64,000 nucleotides of DNA from Candidatus Fervidifonticultor secundus. GTDB lineage: Bacteria > Sysuimicrobiota > Sysuimicrobiia > Sysuimicrobiales > Humicultoraceae. Positions 32,119 to 43,410 of the stretch are shown here, piece after piece. A program made the position numbers and the translations under genes. Location: positions 25,483 to 89,482 of the forward strand of contig JAVKIP010000011.1 in the NCBI GenBank assembly GCA_031459385.1, in the 5' to 3' direction. The notes under the pieces were generated by a model. The model ran no database searches. It was not told the origin of the DNA and worked only from the letters and a program-made list of their open reading frames with translations. How positions within the stretch are numbered: position 1 is the stretch's first letter; each line of letters begins with the position of its first letter.

Positions 32119-32513
32119 GCATCGGCGCGGGCGAGGTCGAGGCGCTGACGCGCGCAGCCCGGGCCGTACGCCGTCGCGCCTACGCCCCCTATTCGCGGTT
32201 CGCGGTGGGTGCGGCGGTGCTCACGGTGTCCGGCACGATCGTGGCCGGGTGCAACGTGGAGAACGCCTCTTATGGCCTCTCGATCTGCGCGGAGCGCGTG
32301 GCGGTGGCGTGCGCCGTGGCCGGGGGCCATCGCCGCCTGCGCGCCGTGGCCGTGGCGGCCGATCCGCCGGCGCCCCCCTGCGGCGCCTGCCGGCAGGTGC
32401 TCCTGGAGTTCGGCGTCGACGCCGTGATCGTGGCGCCCGTGCGCGGGGCGCCGCGCCTCCACCGGCTGGCCGACCTGCTCGCGCATCCGTTCGTGCCCGA
32501 CCGGCTTCCTTGA
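32115..32513 (+). CDS. cdd: Cytidine deaminase
   Basis: AYAPYSRFAVGAA, GCNVENASY, CAER, PCGACRQ. Confidence 0.95.
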   Translation: MSIGAGEVEALTRAARAVRRRAYAPYSRFAVGAAVLTVSGTIVAGCNVENASYGLSICAERVAVACAVAGGHRRLRAVAVAADPPAPPCGACRQVLLEFGVDAVIVAPVRGAPRLHRLADLLAHPFVPDRLP

Positions 32514-32539
32514 CGCCCTTGCGCGGGCGTCAGTATAGT
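32510..32539 (+). promoter_or_regulatory. Promoter for the CBS/NRAMP pair, containing an inverted repeat
   Basis: TTGACG-N18-TATAGT; TGACGCCC-N6-GGGCGTCA at 32511-32532. Confidence 0.65.
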
Positions 32540-32594
32540 AGTCGCGACGCGGTGCCGGCGCGGCCGTCCGGCCGCGATCCAAGCTGGGAGCAGG

Positions 32595-33884
32595 ATGGTG
32601 CATGTTACGTCGCTGCCGTTCAGCCGGCTCCTGGGCAGGCGGGTGGTGGACGCCCACGGCTATCCGCTGGGCCGCCTCGCCGACCTGGCGGCCGAGGTGC
32701 ACCCTACGCGGCCCCGCATCGTCGGGCTCCTGCTGGATGTGGACCGGCCCCGCGTGGCCCTCATCCCCTGGAGCGCGGTCGGCGCGCTTGAGCCCCAGGT
32801 TCGCCTGAGCGTCCCGCGCGCGGCCCTCCAACCGCGCCCCCTGCAGCCCAACGAGGTGCCCCTGCGCGAGGCGCTGCTGGACAAGCAGGTCGTGGATACG
32901 CACGGCCTGCGGGTCGTGAAGGTCAACGACCTGTTCCTCTCCCAGAGCAACGGCGAGCTGCTGCTCAGCGGCGTGGACGTGGGCCTGACGGGCCTGCTGC
33001 GCCGGCTGGGGCTCGAGCGGCCGGTGCGCTGGATGTTCGCGCACCTGCGGCGGCCGCTCGTGGACCATGCGCTCCCCTGGACCTACGTCGCCGCGCTCGG
33101 CGGGCCCGTGACTCCCTTGAAGCTGTCGATCTCGCGCGAGCGCCTCCAGGCTATCCACCCGGCCGACCTGGCCGACCTGCTGAGCGAGATGGATCGCGAG
33201 GAGCGGGTCGAGGTCATGTCCGCGCTGCGCGACGACGTCGCCGCCGAAGTGCTGGAAGCGGCAGAGCCGGAGGTGCAGACCAACATCCTCCGGTCGCTGC
33301 CGGCCGATCGCGCCTCAGACATCCTGGAGGAGATGGAGCCCGACGAGGCGGCGGACGTGCTGGGCGAGTTGCCCCACGAGACCGCGACGCAGCTGCTCGA
33401 CCGCATGGAACCCGAAGCCGGCGCCGAGGTGAGCCGGCTGCTGGCCTACCCGCCGAAGTCGGCCGGGGGACGCATGACCCTCGACTTCATCGCGGTACCG
33501 GCCGAATTCACCGCGGAGCAGGCCATCGCCCGCCTCCGGGAACTGGCGCCGGACGCCGAGACGATCTACTACGTGTACGTGGTGGACGACGCCGGCCGGC
33601 TGCAGGGCGTGCTGTCCCTGCGGCGGCTGCTGATCGCAGATCCCCAGACGCCCGTGACCCGGCTGATGTCCTCCGACCTGGTGGCGGTCCGTGCGGACGA
33701 GAGCGACGAAGCGGCGGCCGGGCTCCTCATGAAGTACGACCTGCTGGCGGTCCCGGTCCTCGACGCGGAGGGCCGGCTGCTGGGCATCATCACCGTCGAC
33801 GACGTCGTCGACCTGCTGGCTGACCGGCTGGGCGGCCGGCTCCCCCGCCGCCTGGAGCGCATCCGGCGGCGGTCGCGGGAGTAG
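32595..33884 (+). CDS. Soluble PRC-barrel + MgtE N-terminal + CBS-pair protein (no TM domain)
   Basis: LLDKQVVDTHG..VKVND, HPADLADLL, EMEPDEAAD, SAGGRMT, ETIYYVYVVD, YDLLAVPV..GIITVDD; ends without hydrophobic helices. Confidence 0.88.
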   Translation: MVHVTSLPFSRLLGRRVVDAHGYPLGRLADLAAEVHPTRPRIVGLLLDVDRPRVALIPWSAVGALEPQVRLSVPRAALQPRPLQPNEVPLREALLDKQVVDTHGLRVVKVNDLFLSQSNGELLLSGVDVGLTGLLRRLGLERPVRWMFAHLRRPLVDHALPWTYVAALGGPVTPLKLSISRERLQAIHPADLADLLSEMDREERVEVMSALRDDVAAEVLEAAEPEVQTNILRSLPADRASDILEEMEPDEAADVLGELPHETATQLLDRMEPEAGAEVSRLLAYPPKSAGGRMTLDFIAVPAEFTAEQAIARLRELAPDAETIYYVYVVDDAGRLQGVLSLRRLLIADPQTPVTRLMSSDLVAVRADESDEAAAGLLMKYDLLAVPVLDAEGRLLGIITVDDVVDLLADRLGGRLPRRLERIRRRSRE

Positions 33885-33889
33885 GGTGC

Positions 33890-35122
33890 GTGCGGGGGGT
33901 GCGGCGGCGCTGGACGGCCCTCGTCGTGTTCCTCTCGGTCGCCGGGCCGGGCATCATCACCGCCGCGGTCGACAACGACGCCAACGGCATCGCGACGTAC
34001 TCGACGGCGGGCGCCCACTTCGGATACACGCTGCTGTGGACCCTACCGCTGGCCGCGGTGGCCCTGGTAGTCATCCAGGAGATGACCGCGCGCATGGGGT
34101 CCGTGACCGGCATGGGGCTGGCCGACCTGATCCGCGAGCAGTTCGGGGTGAAGGTCACGACGGCCGTCATGGCCGTCCTGGCCGTGGCCAACTGGGCCAA
34201 CACCATCGGGAACTTCGCGGGCGTGGCCGGGAGCCTGGAGATCTTCCGCCTGCCACGGCTCGTCGGCGTGCCCGTCGTGGCCGCAGCCGTCGCACTCCTC
34301 GTGCTGCGCGGCGGCTACCGCCTCATCGAGCGCGTCTTCCTGGGGGCCTCCGCGCTCTACGTCCTCTACGCGGTCTCAGCCGTCCTGGCCCGGCCCGACT
34401 GGGCCGCGGTCGCGCGGGCCGCCGTCGTGCCGGTCATCCGGGTCGAGCCCGACTACCTCTACCTGCTGATCGCGCTGATCGGCACGACCATCGCGCCGTG
34501 GATGCAGTTCTACCAGCAGGCCGCCGTGGTGGACAAGGGCCTCACCGCGGGAGACCTGCGGCTCCAGCGGGTGGACACGGCCCTGGGCGCGCTGGTGACG
34601 GCGCTGGTTGCCGGGTCGATCATCGTCGCCACCGCCGCGACGCTCAATCCCGCCGGCGTGACGGTCGAGCGGGCCGAGGACGCGGCACGGGCGCTGGCGC
34701 CGCTGGCCGGGGTCTACGCGTCCGGGTTGTTCGCCCTGGGGCTGCTGAACGCCGCCGTCTTCTCCGTGGCGATCATTCCCCTCTCCACGGCCTACGCCGT
34801 CTGCGAGGCGTTTGGCTGGGAGGCCGGACTCGACCGCCCCATCGCGCAGGCGCCGGTCTTCTACGGCCTGTTCCTCACTGTCCTGGCTGCCAGCGCGCTG
34901 CTGGTGCTGTGGCCGGGGTTGCCCCTGATCCCGGTGATGGTGTTCTCGCAGGCGCTGAACGGTGTGCTGCTGCCTGCGGTGCTGCTGACGATGCTGCGGC
35001 TGGTCAACGATCCGCGGCTGATGGGCGCGCACGTGAACGGTCCCGCGGCCAATGCCATCGCGGGGACCGTGACCGCCGCGCTCGTGCTGCTGACCCTGGT
35101 GCTGCTGGCGTGGAGCTTCTAG
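33890..35122 (+). CDS. NRAMP-related divalent cation (probably Mg2+) transporter
   Basis: GPGII..DNDANGI in place of the MntH DPGN motif; QEMTARMG; GTTIAPWMQFYQQA. Confidence 0.88.
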   Translation: MRGVRRRWTALVVFLSVAGPGIITAAVDNDANGIATYSTAGAHFGYTLLWTLPLAAVALVVIQEMTARMGSVTGMGLADLIREQFGVKVTTAVMAVLAVANWANTIGNFAGVAGSLEIFRLPRLVGVPVVAAAVALLVLRGGYRLIERVFLGASALYVLYAVSAVLARPDWAAVARAAVVPVIRVEPDYLYLLIALIGTTIAPWMQFYQQAAVVDKGLTAGDLRLQRVDTALGALVTALVAGSIIVATAATLNPAGVTVERAEDAARALAPLAGVYASGLFALGLLNAAVFSVAIIPLSTAYAVCEAFGWEAGLDRPIAQAPVFYGLFLTVLAASALLVLWPGLPLIPVMVFSQALNGVLLPAVLLTMLRLVNDPRLMGAHVNGPAANAIAGTVTAALVLLTLVLLAWSF

Positions 35123-35160
35123 GGCGCGGTCCACAGCGGGACCCCCAGGCGCGCTGACCC

Positions 35161-35946
35161 GTGGGGCTGTACGTCCTCGAGGGCATCGTGTTGCGGCGCC
35201 GGAGCCTGGGCGAAGCCGACCGCCTGGTGACCCTCTTCTCCCGCGACCGGGGGAAGGTCACAGCCGTGGCGCGCGGTGCCCGGCGTCCCAGGAGCCGGCT
35301 CGGCGGACGGCTGGAGCCACCCGCGCGGGTGCGGGCGCTGGTGGCCGAAGGCCGCACGCTCGACGTGCTCGCCCAGGTCGAGGTGCTCGACGCGTATCCT
35401 CCGCTCCGGCGGGACCTGGAGCGGATGGCGGCGACGGCTCTGGTGCTGGAGCTGGTCGACCGCGCGCTGGCCGACCGGCATCCCCACCCTGACGTTTACC
35501 GCCTGCTGCAGGACGCGCTGGGGCTGCTCGTGCAGGGTGCCGGCGATCTGGCCTGCGTGTGGTTCCTGGCGCGGCTGCTCGTGCTGACCGGATATCGACC
35601 GGTGGTCGGGCGGTGCGCCGCGTGCGGCAACCGGACACGCGGGGAGGTCGCCTGGAGCGCCATCCTGGGAGGCGGCCTCGACGCCAGCTGCCAGGCGAGG
35701 GACCCGCAGGCGACGCCGCTGGACGCGCGGGCCGCGGCATTGCTGGCGTTCCTGTTGGATGCTCGGCCAGCGGCGGTGCGGCGGCTGCGGCCGCCGGCGC
35801 GCGCCCTTGCGGCGGCCGGGAGGGCGCTGCGCCGGACGGCCGAGGCGGCCTGGGAGGTGCGCCTGCGGGCGCCTGCGGTCATCGGGCGCCTGCGGGAGAC
35901 GGCGCCGTCGTACGCGACGGCACGGAGCGGTTCCGGCACGCCTTGA
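35161..35946 (+). CDS. recO: DNA repair protein RecO
   Basis: GIVLRRRSLGEADRLVTLFS..GKVTAVARGAR; CAACG; upstream of glyQS. Confidence 0.93.
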   Translation: MGLYVLEGIVLRRRSLGEADRLVTLFSRDRGKVTAVARGARRPRSRLGGRLEPPARVRALVAEGRTLDVLAQVEVLDAYPPLRRDLERMAATALVLELVDRALADRHPHPDVYRLLQDALGLLVQGAGDLACVWFLARLLVLTGYRPVVGRCAACGNRTRGEVAWSAILGGGLDASCQARDPQATPLDARAAALLAFLLDARPAAVRRLRPPARALAAAGRALRRTAEAAWEVRLRAPAVIGRLRETAPSYATARSGSGTP

Positions 35947-35989
35947 GCGCGGCCCTGCATGGTATATTTCCTCCTGGGGAGGTGCACGC

Positions 35990-36244
35990 ATGGAGATCGA
36001 TCTCGATCGGGCGCGTCGCGCCATCGTAGACCTGGGCGCGGCCCTGGCGGAAGCGCGCGGTGTGGTGCGGGTGGCGCCGGACTCGGTCGTGCGGATCCGG
36101 ACCGAGTCCGAGGTGATCGAGCTGCCGGTCTCGTGGGCCGTGGCGGGGCTCGTGGCGTTTGCCGCCGCGGCGCTGCTCTCGGCCGTGCCCGTGCCCACCG
36201 TGCGCCGCCGCAGCCGGGAAGAGGAGCCGCTGGGCATCGGCTAG
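35990..36244 (+). CDS. Small membrane protein, DUF4342-like
   Basis: GGAGG SD; RIRTESEVIELPV followed by a hydrophobic helix; sits between recO and glyQ. Confidence 0.6.
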   Translation: MEIDLDRARRAIVDLGAALAEARGVVRVAPDSVVRIRTESEVIELPVSWAVAGLVAFAAAALLSAVPVPTVRRRSREEEPLGIG

Positions 36245-36256
36245 CGCTGGCGCGAG

Positions 36257-36286
36257 TTGACCCCGTTTCCACGTCGCTGCTAGAAT
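36257..36286 (+). promoter_or_regulatory. glyQS leader promoter
   Basis: TTGACC-N18-TAGAAT with an extended TG. Confidence 0.75.
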
Positions 36287-36309
36287 GAGCCTAAATCGTC
36301 GACCGTCTG

Positions 36310-36549
36310 GCAATGCGGGAGAGGAGTAGGCGCGCGGCCGGCCGAAGAGAGCCCGTGGCCGGTGCGAACGGGTGCGGCGTGCGCTGAACGGCGCTCCCAA
36401 GCTGGCGCCCGGCGCGCGGATCTCGTCGCGCTGCTGTGGCCGGGATCCGCCCGAGAGCGCGGAGGGAAGGGCCCGCCGGGCGGGACCGCCGGCGGGAATC
36501 AGGGTGGAACCGCGGAGCCGCCGTCCCTGAGGACGGGGCTCCTTTTTGT
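36310..36549 (+). ncRNA. T-box riboswitch (Gly) with terminator
   Basis: AGTA/GAA loop-E, AGAGA bulge, GGTGCGA loop, specifier GGC at 36390-36392, AGGGTGGAACCGCG, hairpin ggagccgccgtcc..ggacggggctcc followed by TTTTT. Confidence 0.93.
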
Positions 36550-36557
36550 GTGAGCCG

Positions 36558-37455
<898 letters not shown>

Positions 37456-37463
<8 letters not shown>

Positions 37464-39528
37464 CCTGCTGGTGGAAGTCGGCGCCGAGGAGTTGCCGCCG
37501 CACGCGCTGCCGGCGGTGCTCGACCAGCTGGCGCGCGGAGCGCAGGCGGCGCTGAAGGGCGCGCGGCTGGAGGCGCGCGACGTGCGGGCGACCGGCACGG
37601 TGCGGCGCCTGGTGTTGACCGCGGTGCTCGTCTCGACCCGGCAGCGCGACGCTGTGACAGCGGTGCGTGGCCCGGCGGCGCGCGCGGCGTTCGATGCCGA
37701 AGGCCGGCCGACCCAGGCGGCCCTGGGGTTCGCGCGGGCCCAGGGTGTACCGGTAGAGGCGCTGCAGGTCCGCGACCTGGAAGGCGGCCGGTACGTGGTC
37801 GCGGAGCGCCGCGAGGCCGGGAGGCCGGCCGCGGCGGTTCTCGCCGAGATCCTCCCTGGCGTCATCGGCGGTCTCGTCTTCCCCAAGATGATGCGATGGA
37901 ACGGTGAGGGCGCCCGGTTCGGCCGCCCGATCCGCTGGATCGTGGCCCTCCTCGACCGGCAGGTGGTGCCGCTCGCCTTCGCCGGTGTGCGTGCCGGCCG
38001 GCACACCGTCGGGCACCGGTTCCTGGCGCCTGGGCGCATGATGCTGCCGCGGGCCGCAGCATACGAGGCGGCGATGCGCCGGGGCCGCGTCCTCCTCGAT
38101 CCGTCGGCCCGGCGGGCGCGTATCGCCGAGGGGGCCAGCCGTCTGGCCGCGGCCGCCGGCGGCCGCCCGGTCCTCGACCAGGCACTGCTGGAGGAACTCG
38201 TATGGTCGGTGGAGCACCCGACGCCGCTCCTGGGCCGGTTCGACGAGAGCCTCGCCCGGGAGCTGCCGCGGCCCGTGGTGCTCGTGACCCTGCAGCATCA
38301 CCAGAAGTGCTTTGGGGTCGAAGGAGCCCACGGCGAGCTGCTGCCGCTGTTCATCGCCGTGCGGGACGGCGGGACCGCGCACCTCGCGCAGGTGCGCACA
38401 GGGCACGAGTGGGTCGTGCGGGCGCGGCTGGCGGACGCGCGGTTCTTCCTTGAGGAGGACCGACGCGGTACCTTTGACGCGTGGCTCGCGGCGCTGGCGC
38501 GGGTGGCCCACGCCACCGGGCTCGGGTCGGTAGCCGACCACGTGGACCGGCTGGCGAAGGTGGCCGAATGGCTGGCCGCCACGGTCGCGGCCGGAGACGC
38601 CGAGCGCACGGCGCTTCGCCGGGCCGCGCGGCTGTGCAAGGCCGATCTGGTGACCGCCATGGTCGGGGAGTTCCCGGAACTGCAAGGGGTCGTGGGACGG
38701 CTCTACGCCGAGGAGCGGGGCGAGCCGGCTGCGGTGGCCCAGGCGATCGAGGAGCACTACTGGCCGAGGGGGGCGGGCGACGCCCTGCCGCAGACGCTGC
38801 CCGGGGCCCTGCTGGCGATCGCCGACCGGGCCACACTGCTCGCCGGTGCGCTTCTCCGCGGGCTGGAGCCGACCGGCTCGCAGGACCCGTACGGCCTGCG
38901 GCGTGCGGCCTCCGGGATCGTCGTGATCGCGGCGGAGCGAGGCCTGCCCGTGGCGCTGCGGCCGCTGTTCGAGGCCGCCGTCGCCACCTACGGGCCGGCG
39001 GAGGACGAGCGGGCGCAGGCGGTGGCCACCTGTGTGGCCTTCACGCTCCAGCGGTTGCGGACCTGGCTGGAGGACCAGGGCATCGCCTACGACACCGTGG
39101 ACGCGGTGCTGGCCACCGGCGACGATCGTCCGGCGGCGCTGGCCGCGCGGGCCCGGGCGCTGCACGCGGCGCGCAGCCACGCCGTGATGCCGCGTCTGGC
39201 CACGGCGTTCGCGCGTGCGTCGCGGATCCTGGCCCAGGGCACCCCGGCCGCGGGGATCGCCCCGGACCTGTTCGTCGAGCCCGAGGAGACGCAGCTGTAC
39301 CGTGCCTGGCAGGATGCGGCGGCGACCGTCGAGCAGGAGGCCGCGGCCGGGCGCTACGAACGCGCACTGCAGGCGCTGGTCGGGCTGGCTGATCCCATCG
39401 ACGCGTTCTTCGACCGGGTGCTGGTCATGGCGCCCGACGAGCGGCTGCGCGGCAACCGGCTGGCCCTGCTGCAGGCCGTGACCCAGAGCTTCCTGCGCGT
39501 GGCGGACCTGGGGCGGCTGGCCGGTTGA
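37456..39528 (+). CDS. glyS: Glycine--tRNA ligase beta subunit
   Basis: [61 protein letters not shown]. Confidence 0.97.
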
Positions 39529-40634
39529 TGGCCACGGAGGAGGATCGAGGACAGATGGCCGACGTCACCTCGGCGCGCGCGGCGACGGAACGGTGGGAGG
39601 CGACCGCGCTGCACCCGCGAGCGGCCCGGGCCGAGGTGACCCGCGGCCGTGTCGAGCCTGAGCCAGAGGACGACCTGCGCACGGCGTTCCAGCGCGACCG
39701 CGACCGCGTCCTCCACAGCAAGGCCTTCCGGCGCCTGGCCCACAAGACCCAGGTGTTCATCGCCCCGGAGGGCGACCACTACCGGACGCGCCTGACCCAC
39801 ACGCTGGAGGTGGCGCAGATCGCGCGCACTATGGCGCGGGCACTGCGGCTCAACGAAGACCTGACGGAGGCGATCGCTCTGGCGCACGACCTGGGGCATC
39901 CGCCGTTCGGCCATGCCGGCGAGGCGGCGCTGGACGCGGCGATGGCGCCGTGGGGTGGCTTCCGGCACGACGCGCAGAGCCTGCGGGTGGTCGAGCGGCT
40001 CGAGCGCCGGCGCCGCGCCGACGGGAGCCTGGCCCCCGGTCTGAACCTGACCTGGGAGGTCCGCGACGGCATCGCCGGACACTCCAAGGGGCTGCGCGAC
40101 CTGCGCCCGGCGGAGGAGGACGGTCCGCTGCCCGCGACCCTGGAGGGGCAGGTCGTGCGGCTGGCCGACCGCATCGCCTACGTGCACCACGACACCGACG
40201 ACGCGGTGCGCGCTGGCCTCATCGACGAGGCCGTGATCCCGCCGGAGGTTACCGCGGTGCTGGGCCCCACCCGTGGCCGCTGGCTCGACGTGATCGTCCG
40301 CGATGTGGTGGCGACCAGTGCGGCAGGGGAAGTCGTGGATCTCTCGCCGCCGGTGCGCGCGGCCCTGAACAGGCTCACGGCCTTCCTGACGGAGCGCGTC
40401 TATCAGGTGGCGGCGGCGCTGCAGGAGGCCAGCAGGGCCCAGCGGCTGCTCGAATGGCTGTTCCAGTACTACACGGCGCACCCGGAGGCGCTGCCCCCGG
40501 AGGCGCGGGCTGCCGCGGCGGGCGATGAACCGCTGGCGCGCGGCGTGTGCGACTTCCTGGCGGGGATGACCGACCGGTACGCGATCCGCACGTTCACCGA
40601 TCTGTTCATCGTCCACGGGCTCGACGGCGCCTAG
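39528..40634 (+). CDS. dgt: Deoxyguanosinetriphosphate triphosphohydrolase
   Basis: FQRDRDRVLHSKAFRRL.HKTQVF, RTRLTHTLEV, AHDLGHPPFGHAGE, DFLAGMTDRYA. Confidence 0.95.
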   Translation: MATEEDRGQMADVTSARAATERWEATALHPRAARAEVTRGRVEPEPEDDLRTAFQRDRDRVLHSKAFRRLAHKTQVFIAPEGDHYRTRLTHTLEVAQIARTMARALRLNEDLTEAIALAHDLGHPPFGHAGEAALDAAMAPWGGFRHDAQSLRVVERLERRRRADGSLAPGLNLTWEVRDGIAGHSKGLRDLRPAEEDGPLPATLEGQVVRLADRIAYVHHDTDDAVRAGLIDEAVIPPEVTAVLGPTRGRWLDVIVRDVVATSAAGEVVDLSPPVRAALNRLTAFLTERVYQVAAALQEASRAQRLLEWLFQYYTAHPEALPPEARAAAAGDEPLARGVCDFLAGMTDRYAIRTFTDLFIVHGLDGA

Positions 40635-40674
40635 CGCCGCAGGCCCCAGACCCAGCGGAGGTGAGCGACGAGCC

Positions 40675-42636
40675 ATGGATGCGCTGTTGTGGGGACCGAT
40701 CGCCGGGGCGGTAGGCCTCGTCTACGCGCTACAGCTGGCCGCGCGCGTGGCGCGGCAGGATCCGGGCACGCCGCGGATGCGGGAGCTGTCCGCGGCCATC
40801 CGCGAGGGCGCCATGGCGTTCCTGGCCCGGGAGTACCGGGCGATCGGCCTGTTCGTCGCCGTGATGTTCGTCGTGCTGGCGACGAAGGTGACGCCCGGGA
40901 TCGACGTCAAAACCGCGGTCGCCTTCGTCATCGGGGCGGCCTGCTCGGTCGGGGCCGGCTTCTTCGGCATGCGCATCGCGACCCTGGCGAATGCGCGCAC
41001 CGCCCAGGCCGCCCGCAACGGTCTGGCGACTGCTTTGACCGTGGCCTTCCCGGGCGGCGCGGTGATGGGCATGACGGTCGTCGGCCTGGGGCTGCTCGGC
41101 GTGGGGGTGCTCTACCTGCTCTACCGCGATCCCAACCAGGTGATCGGCTTCTCGCTGGGCGCCTCGTCGGTGGCGCTCTTCGCCCGCGTGGGGGGCGGCA
41201 TCTACACCAAGGGCGCCGACGTCGGCGCCGATCTGGTGGGCAAAGTCGAGGCGGGGATCCCCGAGGACGACCCCCGCAACCCCGCGGTGATCGCCGACGC
41301 CGTGGGCGATAACGTGGGCGATGTGGCGGGCATGGGCGCCGACCTCTTCGAGTCGTACGTGGGCTCCGTGATCGCGGCGATCGCCATCGGGCTGGCCCAG
41401 GCGCAGGCCCCCGGGGCGCTGGCTGCGCTGCTGCTGGCGGCGGCCGGCGTCATTGCGTCGATCGTCGGCACGGTCTTCGTCCGCGGGACCGATCCCCAGC
41501 GAGCGTTGCGGATGGGCACCCTGGCCAGCGCCGCCGTGATGGCCGTGGCCACGGCCGTCGTCGTGCGGGCCGTGCTGCCGGCCGACCGCGCCGGTGGCGC
41601 GTTCGGTGCAGTGCTCCTGGGCCTGGCGGCAGGCATCGTCATCGGCCTGGTCGCCGAGTACTACACGTCGGGCCGGGAGGTGGCGCGGCTGGCCGAGGCC
41701 GCGGTAACGGGCCCGGCGCCGGTCATCATCGCCGGCACGGCTCAGGGCATGCTGAGCGCCGTCGTGCCGCTGGTCGTCATCGGGCTGGCGACGATCTTCG
41801 CGTTCCGCCTCGCCGACTTCTACGGGATCGCCCTGGCCGCGGTAGGGATGCTGTCCATCACCGGCATGACCGTCTCCGTGGATGCCTACGGGCCGATCGC
41901 CGACAACGCGGCGGGCATCGCCGAGATGGCGCACCTGGGCCAGGATGTCCGCAAGGTGGCCGACCAGCTGGACGCCGCAGGCAACACCACCGCCGCCATC
42001 GCCAAGGGGTTCGCCATCGGCTCGGCCGCACTGACGGCCCTGGCCCTGTTCTTCTTCTACCGGCAGGCCGTGGGCCTGGAGACCCTCAACATCATGGACG
42101 CCGACGTCATCGCCGGCCTGTTCATCGGCGGGATCGTCCCCTTTTACTTCGCGGCACTGGCCATGCGGGCCGTGGGGCGCACGGCGCAGACGATGGTCCG
42201 CGAGGTCCGCCGCCAGTTCAGGGAGATCAAGGGCCTGATGGAGGGGACCGCACGGCCGGAGTATGCGCGATGCGTCGACATCGCCACGCGGGGGGCTCTG
42301 CGCGAGATGATCGTCCCCGGGCTGTCGGCGGTGGTGATCCCCATCGCCGTGGGCCTGCTGCTCGACAAGGAGGCCCTGGGCGGGCTGCTGGCGGGGGCCA
42401 TCGTGACGGGGGTCCCCCTGGCCCTGTACCTGGCCAACGCGGGCGGCGCATGGGACAATGCCAAGAAGCGCATCGAAGAGGGCCACCTGGGCGGGAAGGG
42501 GTCTGACGCCCACAAGGCGGCGGTCATCGGTGACACCGTGGGGGACCCGTTCAAGGACACGGCCGGTCCGGCCCTCAATATCCTGATCAAGCTGATGACC
42601 GTGGTCGCGCTGGTGTTCGCCCCGCTGTTCCGCTGA
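40675..42636 (+). CDS. hppA: Membrane-bound ion-translocating pyrophosphatase (K+-dependent, probably Na+-pumping)
   Basis: [47 protein letters not shown]. Confidence 0.95.
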   Translation: MDALLWGPIAGAVGLVYALQLAARVARQDPGTPRMRELSAAIREGAMAFLAREYRAIGLFVAVMFVVLATKVTPGIDVKTAVAFVIGAACSVGAGFFGMRIATLANARTAQAARNGLATALTVAFPGGAVMGMTVVGLGLLGVGVLYLLYRDPNQVIGFSLGASSVALFARVGGGIYTKGADVGADLVGKVEAGIPEDDPRNPAVIADAVGDNVGDVAGMGADLFESYVGSVIAAIAIGLAQAQAPGALAALLLAAAGVIASIVGTVFVRGTDPQRALRMGTLASAAVMAVATAVVVRAVLPADRAGGAFGAVLLGLAAGIVIGLVAEYYTSGREVARLAEAAVTGPAPVIIAGTAQGMLSAVVPLVVIGLATIFAFRLADFYGIALAAVGMLSITGMTVSVDAYGPIADNAAGIAEMAHLGQDVRKVADQLDAAGNTTAAIAKGFAIGSAALTALALFFFYRQAVGLETLNIMDADVIAGLFIGGIVPFYFAALAMRAVGRTAQTMVREVRRQFREIKGLMEGTARPEYARCVDIATRGALREMIVPGLSAVVIPIAVGLLLDKEALGGLLAGAIVTGVPLALYLANAGGAWDNAKKRIEEGHLGGKGSDAHKAAVIGDTVGDPFKDTAGPALNILIKLMTVVALVFAPLFR

Positions 42637-42788
42637 ACGGGAGCGCGTGCGGGGGCAGTGTCGTCTGTGGGTACATCTATCCCGGGGTCCACTGCGGGAG
42701 GAGGCGTTCCGGCGCCCGAAGAAAGGGGCGGTGCGGGCTTGTGGAGGTGGGCGCGCCTGCCGGGGCGGGTCCCAGAGGAGGCAGGATC

Positions 42789-43385
42789 GTGGGAGCACAG
42801 CCGGTCAACCGCGACATTCCCGTGCGCGTTCAGGGGAAGCACCTGGTGGTCACCGACGCGCTGCGGCAGTACGTGGAGCAGAAGATCACCCGGCTGACCC
42901 GGTACCTGGACTACATCCAGGAGGCGCAGGTCGTGCTCAGCACCACCCGTGACCGCGTGGCCGGGCGGACCATGGGCGTCGAGATCACCGTGTGGCGCGA
43001 CGGGCTGGTGCTGCGGGCCGAGGAGTTCTCCGATGACATGTACGCGTCGATCGACCTGGCCGCCGAGAAGCTCGAGCGCCAGATCGAGAAATACCGCAGC
43101 CGGATGATCGAGAAGCGGCGCCTCGATGCGTCGCGCAGGCGGCGGCGTGCGGAGCAGGCGGTGGAGGACGCCCTGCGCGCGCCCGACGTCGCCGACGAGG
43201 CGACGCCCGGGGTCGTGCGCGTGAAGCGGTTCCCGGTGAAACCCATGACGGAGGACGAGGCCATGCTCCAGATGGAGTTGCTGGGCCATGCCTTCTTCGT
43301 CTTCCGCGACGCCAGCACGGAGCAGATCCGGGTGCTGTACCGCCGCCGCGACGGCAACTTCGGGCTCATCGAACCGGAAGGCTAG
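42789..43385 (+). CDS. hpf: Ribosome hibernation factor (long HPF/RaiA)
   Basis: [64 protein letters not shown]. Confidence 0.95.
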   Translation: MGAQPVNRDIPVRVQGKHLVVTDALRQYVEQKITRLTRYLDYIQEAQVVLSTTRDRVAGRTMGVEITVWRDGLVLRAEEFSDDMYASIDLAAEKLERQIEKYRSRMIEKRRLDASRRRRRAEQAVEDALRAPDVADEATPGVVRVKRFPVKPMTEDEAMLQMELLGHAFFVFRDASTEQIRVLYRRRDGNFGLIEPEG

Positions 43386-43410
43386 GCGCACGCACCGGCG
43401 GGGGGAGACG

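Noticed and set aside
39528..40634. dGTPase as an anti-phage defence gene
   Set aside because: Overlaps glyS in a housekeeping context with native codon usage
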